A stretch of DNA of 64,000 bases. Source: Myxococcota bacterium (GTDB lineage Bacteria > Myxococcota_A > UBA9160 > UBA4427). The notes below the pieces were generated by a model. That model ran no database searches. It was not told the origin of the DNA and saw only the letters and a list, made by a program, of their open reading frames with translations. Both the position numbers and the translations under genes were made by a program. The stretch lies in contig OZ252299.1 of the NCBI GenBank assembly GCA_965250285.1, forward strand, positions 1,984,001-2,048,000, written 5' to 3'. Below are positions 9,750-19,000 of the stretch, one piece after another; position 1 is the first letter of the stretch, and every line of letters begins with the position of its first letter.

Positions 9750-10845
9750 GGCGCGTGACCCGTCGATCGTGGGGCTCGCCGAGCGCCCAGCGGATCGTCT
9801 CGGCCACCCGATCGACGTCGTCGTCGCCCATGCGGGCGTGGGTGGGCAGCAGCGCCACGCGGTCGGCGAGCCCTGCGGCGACGGGCCAGTGGCCGGCGCT
9901 GGCGAAGGCAGGCTGCCGAGGCAGGATCGGCCAGATCGCGCGCGCATCGATCTCCGCCGCACGACAGGCGGCGAGCACCTCGTCGCGACGATCCACCCCG
10001 ATCGCATGCACCCACGTCGACGGGCTCACTGAATCGCCGGCCGGTCGATGCTCGACAGGCGCGTCGCGCAACACGGCCTCGTAGCGCCGCTGCACGCGTC
10101 GCCGGGCTTCCGTGAGCTCCGACCAGCGCTCGAGCTGAGCGCAGCCGATGGCCGCGGCGACGTTCGTCATGCGATAGTTGTGCCCGGGCTCGACGTGTCG
10201 ATAGGGCCGCGCGCGATGCATGCCGTGGCCGTTCGACACGCGCAGCCGCCGCGCGAGCGCCGCGTCGTCGGTCGCCACGCAGCCCCCCTCCCCGGTCGAG
10301 ATCGCCTTGCTCGCGTGAAAGCTGAACACCGAGGCGACCCCGAACGAGCCCACCGGCTGCCCGCGCAGCGCGGCACCGTGGGCCTGCGCAGCGTCCTCGA
10401 GGATCGGCACCCCGAGCGCGCCGAGCGCCTCGAAGTCGCACGGGTGACCGAGCAGATCGACTGCGATGATGAGCCGCGTGCGCGGCCCGATCGCATCCTC
10501 GGCGGCGCGCGGGTCGAGCGTCCACGTGTCGCTCGAGACATCGACGAAACGCGGTACGGCCCCGACGCTGATCACCGCATTCGCGGGCGCCGCGAACGTG
10601 AGCGCAGGCACGATCACCTCGTCGCCGGGTCCGACCTCGAGCGCGCGAAGCACCAGCTCGAGGGCCGCGCTGCCCGAACTGGTCGAGACCACATGCGCGC
10701 GGTCGATGCGCTGCGCGACTGCCGACTCGAATCGCTCGACGAATGGACCGACCGACGAGATCCAGCCCGACTCGAGCGCCTCGCGCACGTAGGCCTGCTC
10801 GAGCGGACCGAGGTCGACCGATGACAGCGGCTGCATGGCCTGCAT
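9739..10845 (-). CDS. DegT-family aminotransferase (perosamine synthetase-like)
   Basis: SGWISSVGPFV, EDAAQAHGA, SFHASKAISTGEGG, GHNYRMTN; start ATG 10845 or 10836. Confidence 0.9.
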   Translation of the reverse strand: MQAMQPLSSVDLGPLEQAYVREALESGWISSVGPFVERFESAVAQRIDRAHVVSTSSGSAALELVLRALEVGPGDEVIVPALTFAAPANAVISVGAVPRFVDVSSDTWTLDPRAAEDAIGPRTRLIIAVDLLGHPCDFEALGALGVPILEDAAQAHGAALRGQPVGSFGVASVFSFHASKAISTGEGGCVATDDAALARRLRVSNGHGMHRARPYRHVEPGHNYRMTNVAAAIGCAQLERWSELTEARRRVQRRYEAVLRDAPVEHRPAGDSVSPSTWVHAIGVDRRDEVLAACRAAEIDARAIWPILPRQPAFASAGHWPVAAGLADRVALLPTHARMGDDDVDRVAETIRWALGEPHDRRVTRRVG

Positions 10846-10925
10846 CGTACTACGGCGCGCGCTCCGCGAGACGGTCGATCGATCGGGTGTCGCGCTTCGC
10901 GCTCGGTTCCGCCGAGGCCCGCGCG

Positions 10926-11924
10926 CTACGACGCGCTGACTTCCCGCACGCCTGCTGCCACCAATCGGCGCTTGCGCCACGCGTCGGGCAGCGCCGCGGC
11001 GGCCTGGGCGTAGGCCGGCAGGATCGCCGGGTCGCGCAGCACCGCAAACCCGAGGCGCAGCCCCTCCCAGGCGAGGAGCGCCGGGAGCCGGCGCAGCAGG
11101 CCCACCCCCGTCTCGTTCTTCACGAGCTGCAGGTAGTGGTTCTTGAACGAGTGGCGGCGGATCCAGACCGGCGTCGCGAAGCGCGCCTCCTTGCGCCAGC
11201 CGCGCTCGTGCACTGCGACCGCAGCGGGCACGTACCGCACGCGCAGACCGAACCGCGCGGCCCGCCAGCAGAGGTCGGTGTCTTCGTGATACATGAAGAA
11301 GCGCTCGTCGAACACTTCGCCGTCGAGCGAAAGCCGCCCGAGGGCCGACGTTCGCAGGGCCATGGCTGCGCCGCTCACACCGAAGACATCCTCTTCGGTG
11401 TCGAAGCGGCCGTCGTCGGGCGTCTCGCTGCCCCGATCCCGCGGACGCGCGTGCGCGGGCAAGCGAATGCCCGCGCTGTCGACGAGCGTCCGACCCGGCC
11501 GCACGAGCTTGCCCCCCGCGATCGCGACTCCGGGCTGGGCGTCGAACACGCGGGCGAGCTGCTCGAGGTGATCGGCGTCGAGCACGATGTCGGCGTTCAG
11601 AATCAGTTGCAGTGCCGCCGGGTCGCTCCGCGCGCGGTCGGCGGCGAGCAGGACGTTGGCGGCGGCCGCGAAGCCGATGTTGGAACCGCACAGCCACTCG
11701 ACATCGGGATGGGCGCGCGCGAGCTCGGCTCGCCGCGCAGCTTCGTCGCGCTCCACGTCGGCGGGTTCGTCGGTCGACCCGGACTTCGGCTCGATCACGT
11801 CGTAGACGCGCACGTGCCGCGGACGCCGGGTCTGCTGCGCGAGTGAATCGAGACAGCGCGCGAGGTCGTCGAGCGCGCGGTAGTGCACGATGCCCACCGA
11901 GAACGGGGCGACCGACGCGGTCAC
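10926..11924 (-). CDS. Glycosyltransferase family 2
   Basis: NIGFAAAAN, LNAD, SGAAM, FDERFFMYHEDTDLCWR motifs. Confidence 0.88.
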   Translation of the reverse strand: MTASVAPFSVGIVHYRALDDLARCLDSLAQQTRRPRHVRVYDVIEPKSGSTDEPADVERDEAARRAELARAHPDVEWLCGSNIGFAAAANVLLAADRARSDPAALQLILNADIVLDADHLEQLARVFDAQPGVAIAGGKLVRPGRTLVDSAGIRLPAHARPRDRGSETPDDGRFDTEEDVFGVSGAAMALRTSALGRLSLDGEVFDERFFMYHEDTDLCWRAARFGLRVRYVPAAVAVHERGWRKEARFATPVWIRRHSFKNHYLQLVKNETGVGLLRRLPALLAWEGLRLGFAVLRDPAILPAYAQAAAALPDAWRKRRLVAAGVREVSAS

Positions 11925-11937
11925 GGGCCCCCCGGCG

Positions 11938-13326
11938 TCAGTACGCGTTCTCGCCGGTCACGACGCCGCGCCAGAAGGTCATCACGAGGATGCGCAGGTC
12001 GAGCCCGAACGACCAGTTCTGGATGTAGTAGATGTCGTGATCGACGCGGTCGTGGAGCGAGGTGTCGCCGCGCAGACCGTGCACCTGGGCCCAACCCGTG
12101 ACGCCCGCCTTCACTTTGTGGCGCAGCATGTAGCCGGGGATCTCGCGCTTGAAGGTCTCGATGTACACGGGTCTCTCGGGGCGCGGCCCCACCAGACTCA
12201 TGTCGCCCCGCAGCACGTTCCAGAGCTGCGGGAGCTCGTCGAGGCTGAAGCGCCGCAGCCAGCGCCCGACCGGCGTCACCCGTGGATCGCCCTTCACCGT
12301 CCAGCCCGGCTTCCCTTGAGAGTCGGCGCCATCGAACATCGAGCGGAACTTGACGATGTCGAACTCACGGCCGTCGAGCCCCATGCGACGCTGGCGGTAG
12401 AAGACGGGCCCCTTCGATGTCGTGACGACGAGCACCGCGATCAGCGCCATCAGCGGCGCCATCACGCTCATGATGGCCAGGCTCGCGGCGACGTCGAACG
12501 CGCGCTTCTGCACCGAGGCCCAACCGACCAGCGGCGTGTCGCGCAGACCGATGATGGGCAGGCCCTCGAGGCTCTCGACCGACGCACGCAGGGTCATGAT
12601 GTGCATGAGGTCGGGCGCGAGCTTCACGCTCGCCGTCGTGTCGTCGAGGTCGAGCAGGATGTCGTCGAGGCAGTCGGTGTGCTCGCGAGGCAGCGCGACG
12701 ATGACCTGATCGATGCGGCGGGCGTCCATGATGCGGCGCAGCTCGTCGTACTCGCCCAGCCGCGGCACGCCCGCGACCCCACCGCCGTCGCCCACCACGC
12801 CGACGACACGCAGGCCCGCGGTCGGGCGATCGTGGATGCGCTGCACGACCTCGCTGGCCAGCTCGCCGGTGCCGACGACGAGGACGAAGCGCAGGTTGTA
12901 GCCCCGCCGGCGCATCTGACGCAGGGTGAGCCGCAGGGCGATGCGCACGCCGATGATCCCGGTCGGCGCGAGCGCGCTGAAGATCATGATCGTGCCGCGC
13001 GAGTAGTAGTAGCTGCGTGCGAAGAAGCCGATCGTGACGAGCACGAGCAGCGCGATCGCCGCCACGCGCAGCACGTCGACGGCCTCGTGGGCGATCGATT
13101 CGAGACGCTTGGCTTCGTAGAGGCCATGTCGGCGCAGCAGCCACCACCACAGCGGGCAGATGACGATCAGGGCTTCGAGGTAGCGCTCGGGCTCGGGGAT
13201 ACCGAGGGGCGCGGGGAGCCCGGCGTGGAAGCGGAGAAAGAAGGCCCCCACCCAGGCGAGCGCCACCAGGGCGACGTCGACCGCCATGATCGTCGAGCGC
13301 AAGACTTCGCTGTATCGGTAGAGCAA
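11938..13326 (-). CDS. Undecaprenyl-phosphate sugar phosphotransferase (WcaJ-like priming glycosyltransferase)
   Basis: N-terminal TM helices; [47 protein letters not shown]; start probably TTG 13326. Confidence 0.93.
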   Translation of the reverse strand: MLYRYSEVLRSTIMAVDVALVALAWVGAFFLRFHAGLPAPLGIPEPERYLEALIVICPLWWWLLRRHGLYEAKRLESIAHEAVDVLRVAAIALLVLVTIGFFARSYYYSRGTIMIFSALAPTGIIGVRIALRLTLRQMRRRGYNLRFVLVVGTGELASEVVQRIHDRPTAGLRVVGVVGDGGGVAGVPRLGEYDELRRIMDARRIDQVIVALPREHTDCLDDILLDLDDTTASVKLAPDLMHIMTLRASVESLEGLPIIGLRDTPLVGWASVQKRAFDVAASLAIMSVMAPLMALIAVLVVTTSKGPVFYRQRRMGLDGREFDIVKFRSMFDGADSQGKPGWTVKGDPRVTPVGRWLRRFSLDELPQLWNVLRGDMSLVGPRPERPVYIETFKREIPGYMLRHKVKAGVTGWAQVHGLRGDTSLHDRVDHDIYYIQNWSFGLDLRILVMTFWRGVVTGENAY

Positions 13327-13369
13327 CCGATCCCCCCAGCGACCGGCCAGCCGAATCGACCCGCCCGGG

Positions 13370-14605
13370 TCAGCCGAGCAGCTCCCTCGCATCCTCGTCG
13401 ACGGCGTGCCGCAGCTCGTCGAGGAAGTCGGGCAACGCCGAGACGACCCGGCTCCAGTTCGGAATCTGAGGCGCGCCCATCGGGTCGCGCACGAACTCGA
13501 GGCCGGCCGCCCGGAGCGCGCTCGAGAAGGTCTCGACCGCCACCTCCTCGGCGTGACGGTCGAAGAGCAGCCCGTTCAGCTTGGCATCATCACTGTAGCG
13601 CGCGATGGCGTCCTGAGCGGTGCGGACGTAGGCCGCGATCATCGTGTTCAGGAAGCCCGCGTCGAACTCGACGCCGTAGGAGGCGAGGTTTCGGATCAGG
13701 GTGGCGGCGATGTCGACCACCATGCGGTGCAGGCCGCGCTGGGCGTCGGATTCGCTCAGATCCTGGTGCTTGTGGTCGTAGTTCTCGACCAGCTCGACCT
13801 GGCAGACCCGCTTGAGCGAGCTGTTGCGGAACACCTCGGCCAGCACACCCACCTCGAGGCCCCAGTCGGCCGGAATGCGGTTGGCCCGCACGAGATCGGT
13901 CGTGAGCGAGCACTCCCCCGCGAGCGGATACCGGAACGAATCGAGGAACTCGAGGAAGGGCACGGGCCCGAGCACCGTCTTCATCGACCGCAGCAGGGGC
14001 GTCATGAAGAGGCGCGTCACGCGACCGTGCATGCGGTCGGTCACCCGGCTGTAATAGCCCTTGGCGAACTCGTAGTTCATGTTCGGGTTCGCGGTCGGGT
14101 AGCAGAGCCGGGCCAGCAGCTCGCGGCTGTAGTCGACGATGTCGCAGTCGTGCACCGCCACCACGCGGGCGCGCTGGGCCGCCAGCACGTAGCCGTAGGC
14201 GATCCAGGTGGCTCGTCCCTTGCCCTCGTCGCCCGCGTCGAGGCCCTCGTCGCGCAGCCGGGCGAACATGGCCTGCACCCGGGGCCCCTGATTCCAGACG
14301 ACCGTGGGCCGGTCGCGCTCGCCGCACCGGACGACGTTGAAGAGGTCGGCCATCTCGGTGTACTGGGCGGCATCGGCCGGCCCCGAGAGACTGACGACCA
14401 CCTGACCCAGGTAGGGCACCCGGGCGAGCTCTTCGACGATGCCCTTCAGCGCGGGGCCGTGGATCTCGGAGAAAAGCGAAGGAAGTACGAGCGCAATCGG
14501 CCGTTCCTTCGAGTAGGACACGAGCTGCGTCTCGAGTCGGTCGAGGTCGACGCGCCCGAGGCGGTGCAGCGACGTGATGACCCCGGTCTGATGGAAGTCG
14601 GCCAT
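13370..14605 (-). CDS. Glucosyl-3-phosphoglycerate synthase-like glycosyltransferase
   Basis: MADFHQTGVITSLHRL N-terminus, GKGRATW, HDCDI, KGYYSR, GRVTRL, YPLAGE, DWGLEVG, YDHKHQ, as in GpgS-type enzymes. Confidence 0.8.
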   Translation of the reverse strand: MADFHQTGVITSLHRLGRVDLDRLETQLVSYSKERPIALVLPSLFSEIHGPALKGIVEELARVPYLGQVVVSLSGPADAAQYTEMADLFNVVRCGERDRPTVVWNQGPRVQAMFARLRDEGLDAGDEGKGRATWIAYGYVLAAQRARVVAVHDCDIVDYSRELLARLCYPTANPNMNYEFAKGYYSRVTDRMHGRVTRLFMTPLLRSMKTVLGPVPFLEFLDSFRYPLAGECSLTTDLVRANRIPADWGLEVGVLAEVFRNSSLKRVCQVELVENYDHKHQDLSESDAQRGLHRMVVDIAATLIRNLASYGVEFDAGFLNTMIAAYVRTAQDAIARYSDDAKLNGLLFDRHAEEVAVETFSSALRAAGLEFVRDPMGAPQIPNWSRVVSALPDFLDELRHAVDEDARELLG

Positions 14606-14700
14606 GGGCGGCGAGGGTCGCACCCGTGCCCGGGGGGTGCAACCACCTCGCATTGCGGCGCATTCATGGCGTGGGTGCGGCGGCGCGAGACGCGCCCGCC

Positions 14701-15039
14701 TCAGGCCTCGATGCCGACGACCTCGTCGAGCAGCAGCTGGGCCTCGGGATCGATCTCATGAAATGCGAGGCCGACCTCGGTCGTGATCGGGTCGGTGTCC
14801 GTCGCCCAGACGACCTTGCCCGTCGCGACCACGGTGTGATCGCCGACGTTGAACGTGACCCGGAGCACGTCGCCCATGTTGATCTCGCAGCCCATCACCT
14901 CGAACGAGATGCCACCGGTCGAAAGGTTCTTGCTCACGGCGAGCTTGTCGCTCGCGTCGAGCTCGGCGAACGAGATCACCTGATCCGTCGGAATGCGGGC
15001 GTACTTGCGTCGTTCGTGGGGCAGCGTGCCGGTGGCCAT
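14701..15039 (-). CDS. Stand-alone PilZ-domain protein
   Basis: ERRKYAR (RxxxR) and NLSTGG (D/NxSxxG) c-di-GMP motifs; GKVVW. Confidence 0.88.
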   Translation of the reverse strand: MATGTLPHERRKYARIPTDQVISFAELDASDKLAVSKNLSTGGISFEVMGCEINMGDVLRVTFNVGDHTVVATGKVVWATDTDPITTEVGLAFHEIDPEAQLLLDEVVGIEA

Positions 15040-15097
15040 CGTCGGAGCGTCCCTTGGCAGAGGCTCCCTCGAAGAGCGAGGGAGCGGCCGTGGGGGA

Positions 15098-15127
15098 CTC
15101 TTCGGATCGCCCGAACCGGGCCTTGAG
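15098..15127 (-). promoter_or_regulatory. sigma28-like promoter upstream of the PilZ gene
   Basis: CTCAAG-N15-TCCGAAGAG on the minus strand; the motif recurs at three other intergenic sites. Confidence 0.55.
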
Positions 15128-15188
15128 GTGCACGCCCGCGGCAGCGCGCGAGAAGCGCGGCGGCACCGGCCCTGTCTCGCGCTTGCAC

Positions 15189-16274
15189 TCAGCCGAAGAG
15201 GTCGAGCTGGCGGTCACGCCCGCCGGCCGGCACGAGGCCGGCGACGGTGATCCGCACGCCCCGAGCCGGGGATCCGCCCAGCTCGAAGCGCTCCAGCAGC
15301 ACGCGAGCCTCGGCTGCGATCTCCTGGGCCGCCTGGAGCCCGCCGGCCGGGGTCGCGCTGCGCGTACGCTCCCGGCCGTCGCCGAGCCGCAGGCGCAGCG
15401 CGATCCGGCCCGCGCGCAGATCGTGCCGCGCGAGCCCCGAAGCGAGCGCCCGGGCCAGCTCGACGAGCGCGCGGTCGAGCTCTGGACCGACCTGAGCCGG
15501 CTGTTCCAGCGCCGTCTCACGGCTCAGGCTGCCCGGATGCCTCGAGCTGCGAACACCGCCGTCGGGATCCTTGCCGCTCGCGCGCTCGAGGATCTCGAGC
15601 CCGTGGTTGCCGAGCGCCTCCTCGACCGTCTCGACGGGCAGCGCGCGCAGCGCACCGATCGTGTCTGCGCCGAGCGAGGCGAGGGTCGAAGCGGTCCGCG
15701 ATCCGACGCCGGGGAGACGATCGACCGGCAGCGGATCGAGGAACGCCGCGACCTCGCCCGCGGCCACGATGTGGACCGCCGCTGCGCCCTCGCCCACGCC
15801 GGCCCGCTCGGCTGCGAGCCGCGCCACGCCCTTGGTCGGGCCCCCGCCCACGCAGAGCGGCAGCCCGGTCTCGGCCTCGACGCGTTCGACGAGCGCGTGG
15901 GCCAGGCCCCGGGCCTCACGGCCCACCTCACTCAGATCGAGGAACGCCGCACCCAGCCCATCCGCCTCGAGCCCCTCGACGTCTTGCCGAAGGGCCTCGC
16001 GCAGCGCGCTCGAGACGGCGCGGTAATGCGCCATATCGGTGGCGATGCGGCGCGCCTCGGGGCAGCGCTCGAGCGCTTCGAGCATCGGCATGCCTTCGCG
16101 CACACCGAGGGCGACCGCTTCGGGGCTCGCCGACTGCACGCGCCCGCGCTTGCGCGGGTCGCCGCCGACCAGGATCGGCCGGTCGTCCGAACCCGCGAGT
16201 CGCCGACGCTCGACCGCCGCGTAGAAGCCGGGCACGCACGCGTACAGGATCGCGGCCTCGTCCGCGTCGCTCAC
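15189..16274 (-). CDS. DinB/Y-family polymerase homolog, apparently catalytically inactive
   Basis: FYAAVE, GVREGMP, LPGVG, little-finger region and C-terminal QLDLF are present; catalytic positions read YACVPGF and GLGAAFLD instead of HVDMDxF and SLDEAYLD; start GTG 16274. Confidence 0.85.
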   Translation of the reverse strand: MSDADEAAILYACVPGFYAAVERRRLAGSDDRPILVGGDPRKRGRVQSASPEAVALGVREGMPMLEALERCPEARRIATDMAHYRAVSSALREALRQDVEGLEADGLGAAFLDLSEVGREARGLAHALVERVEAETGLPLCVGGGPTKGVARLAAERAGVGEGAAAVHIVAAGEVAAFLDPLPVDRLPGVGSRTASTLASLGADTIGALRALPVETVEEALGNHGLEILERASGKDPDGGVRSSRHPGSLSRETALEQPAQVGPELDRALVELARALASGLARHDLRAGRIALRLRLGDGRERTRSATPAGGLQAAQEIAAEARVLLERFELGGSPARGVRITVAGLVPAGGRDRQLDLFG

Positions 16275-18838
16275 GAGGGCGGATCCAGGATCAACCGTTC
16301 GCTCGAGGCCTCTTCGATCATGAGTCGACTGGTGAGCAGCACGCTCGGCCGTCCAGCCTTCCAACGCTCGATGCCGTCACTCGCGTTGGGATGGCGCGCG
16401 TGCTCGGACTGACCCGGCAGCAGGCTCGAGAGCAGCCGATCGGGGGCCGCGAGGTCGATGGCGATCATGTAGGTCGACGCCTCGACCGTCTCGAAGTTCG
16501 AGAGCAGGCGCGGCCGCGTCACGCGCGGCGTCGTGCCGTCGCCCCCGACCGAGACCTCGGCCGGCAGGCCCGGAATGCGGGCCCGCTCGTCGAAGCTCGC
16601 GAACGGGCGCAGGTGAAGGTGGTGGAGCCCGCCCCAGGACCAGTCGATGCGGCTCGGACCGAGGCGATAGCCGAGGCTCACCCAGGTCGCGCGCAGCGAC
16701 CGCCGCACGGCGCGCGTGATGCGCTCGACGTCGGTCCATCCGCCATCCATGCGCAGGCGATCCGCGGTGGTCACGATGCTCGTCACGATCGCGTGCGGGC
16801 GCGCGCCGGGCAGTGCCAGATAGCGATGCAGCAGATCGGGTCCGAGTGGGGCTTCGAAGAGCTCGACGATCAGATGGTCGAGCAGCATGTGCCACGCGGC
16901 GGCCCCGCGGCTCCCCGCATCGAGCCGCCCGTCCCAGCCCTCGAGGAGATCGAGGATCTCGGTGGCCTCGGCCGAGAGCGGCGGCCCCTCGCGTGCGAGT
17001 CGCCCGACCGAGACGATGAGCGGATGCCGCGGACCGATCCCCACCGAGGTCTGGACGGCGGCGGCGGCGCGCAGATCGACCTTCTCCCCCGTCGCTTCGC
17101 TGCGTGCGAGCAGTCCGCGCAGGGCGTCGCGCAGCACCTTCGCCTGTGCGTCGGCGCGCCACAGCCACTCGATGCGCCCACCCGCGAGATCGTCGTCGAG
17201 CGGGTTGTCGGCCGCGATGACCCAGTCGGCGCCCCTGCCCTCCTCGCTGCCGAGGCGCTGGGCCGGAAGCGCCAGGAAGTCGATCGGGACGCGCCAGTCG
17301 TAGACGGTCGTGCGGCCGGGCACGGGGACGAAGCCGCTCGGCAAGGGCCGGTACGGCAACCAACCCGCGAGCTGCATGCCGCCCTTGCCATCGACGTCCG
17401 CATGCACCACCGCAACGACCGGCTCGTGATGCGTCTCGAGCGCCTCGGTGATCTCGCCTGAGCTGCGCGCGCGCAGCATTGCGAGCAGCGACGTCATGCC
17501 GTCGCCGTCGCGCATGCCCGTCCACGCGAGCGCGAGGGCGTCGCGCTCGCGCCGCGCGCCGGCGGTCGCGCCCAGCGGCGTGAGCAGCTCGTTCACGATC
17601 GGCCCGTGCCGGGTCGACCGAACGGTGATCACCTCTTCGCGCGATCCGCCGTCGGGCGTCGCGACGACGATCGTCTCTTCGCGCTCGTCGAAGGGCACCC
17701 AGCGCCGGCCGTTCTGGTAGAGCCCCTTCTCGAGTCGCACCGACTCGCGGTAGAGATCGACGGTGACCGCGCGGCCGGGTGTGATCGCCCAGGCGACGTG
17801 CAGGCCGCGGCCCGCCCACACGATCGGCACGCCCGGCACCATGACGCCCGCGACCTCGAGCGAGCCCCCGCGCATGTGCAGCTCGTGCACCAGCGCCGGC
17901 AGGGTCGGCGGGAGCTGCAGATCGGCGACGAGAATGGGCGCGCCACTGCGCGTGCGGCGGCCCGACAAGACCCAGGCCGTCCCCCCGCCGACGGTCACGT
18001 TGCGGGCGAGGTCGATGCCCGTGGCGCGACCGGCGTCGGCCACCATCGGGCCCGCCTCGCCGCGGGCGCGCTCGAGGTCGGCCGGATTGGTCGGCGGCAC
18101 CTCGACGCCCTGCACCCCGAGCCCGGTCGGCTTGAACGGACGCGCGAGCACCCCCCCGAGCGACTGGATCAGGTCGTCCAGCACGAGGTTCGTCTCGAGC
18201 TGATTGCCCATGCCCCAGGCAATCAGCTTGAAGATCGCGAGCGAGTCGACCTCGCTCCAGGGTTCGAAGGTCTCGCGCGTCGTGTCGATGCCGTGGGGCG
18301 GCGTCGTCAGCTCGGCCCGGATCCGTGCCAGCCGCCCGTTCACGCCCTGCGCGTATCGGCGCAGCACCTCGCGCGTGTCTGGATCGAGATCGGCGAGCTG
18401 GCGCGCCGCGAGGCCGGCGAAGTCGATGGTGCGCGCGAGGCGATCTGCCCCGACGCCGGCTTCGCCGACGAGCTCGGCGGTCTGACCCCGGGCGAGCCGA
18501 CGCAGCCACAGCATCTGCTCCAGCCGATCCTGGGCATGGACGAAGCCGACGGCGATCCAGGCGTCCTCTTCGCGCAGCGCCTCGATGTGCGGAATGCCCC
18601 GGTCGTCGCGCAGCACCTCGACCGGCGCCTCGAGCCCGGGCAGCCCGAGCCGCCCGGTCGTCTGGGCGAACGCAGAGCGGGCCGCGCGCAGCTGATCGGC
18701 GCGCTGCAGTGCGACGGCGCCCGCCGCGACCAGAGCGACGATGCCGACGAGCACGACGGCGCCGACGCGCGCGAGCGCGCGATTGCGCAGCTCGGCGCGA
18801 CCCTCGTCGCTTCGATTCTCAGGTTGATCTCGACGCAC
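16271..18838 (-). CDS. Penicillin acylase (Ntn-hydrolase) family protein with N-terminal TM anchor; nucleophile apparently absent
   Basis: RDDRGIPHI, GFVHAQDRL, TRHGP, WGGLH, LPGQS; beta-chain start reads GGTAW rather than GSNxW; start GTG 18838 after GGGGG. Confidence 0.85.
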   Translation of the reverse strand: MRRDQPENRSDEGRAELRNRALARVGAVVLVGIVALVAAGAVALQRADQLRAARSAFAQTTGRLGLPGLEAPVEVLRDDRGIPHIEALREEDAWIAVGFVHAQDRLEQMLWLRRLARGQTAELVGEAGVGADRLARTIDFAGLAARQLADLDPDTREVLRRYAQGVNGRLARIRAELTTPPHGIDTTRETFEPWSEVDSLAIFKLIAWGMGNQLETNLVLDDLIQSLGGVLARPFKPTGLGVQGVEVPPTNPADLERARGEAGPMVADAGRATGIDLARNVTVGGGTAWVLSGRRTRSGAPILVADLQLPPTLPALVHELHMRGGSLEVAGVMVPGVPIVWAGRGLHVAWAITPGRAVTVDLYRESVRLEKGLYQNGRRWVPFDEREETIVVATPDGGSREEVITVRSTRHGPIVNELLTPLGATAGARRERDALALAWTGMRDGDGMTSLLAMLRARSSGEITEALETHHEPVVAVVHADVDGKGGMQLAGWLPYRPLPSGFVPVPGRTTVYDWRVPIDFLALPAQRLGSEEGRGADWVIAADNPLDDDLAGGRIEWLWRADAQAKVLRDALRGLLARSEATGEKVDLRAAAAVQTSVGIGPRHPLIVSVGRLAREGPPLSAEATEILDLLEGWDGRLDAGSRGAAAWHMLLDHLIVELFEAPLGPDLLHRYLALPGARPHAIVTSIVTTADRLRMDGGWTDVERITRAVRRSLRATWVSLGYRLGPSRIDWSWGGLHHLHLRPFASFDERARIPGLPAEVSVGGDGTTPRVTRPRLLSNFETVEASTYMIAIDLAAPDRLLSSLLPGQSEHARHPNASDGIERWKAGRPSVLLTSRLMIEEASSERLILDPPS

Positions 18839-19000
18839 GGACCCCCCAGGGCCGAAATCGGGCCACTCAGTGTAGCGGCGCAATGGGCTCGGCCATTGAG
18901 GGCGTCGTGCCGCACCGGTACCCTGCCGCGCCCACGGCCCGCCCCTCGCGGGATCCCGCCTGGACGAAGCCGGTCGAGACCGGCCGAGGAGCTCGATCAC

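Noticed and set aside
15063..15085. 9-bp inverted repeat GCTCCCTCG/CGAGGGAGC as a terminator
   Set aside because: No U-tract on either strand, and it lies in the predicted PilZ 5' leader; function cannot be assigned
15189..16274. imuA-imuB-dnaE2 mutagenesis cassette or an active dinB
   Set aside because: No imuA or dnaE2 nearby, the protein lacks an ImuB-length C-terminus, and catalytic residues are absent, so neither symbol was assigned
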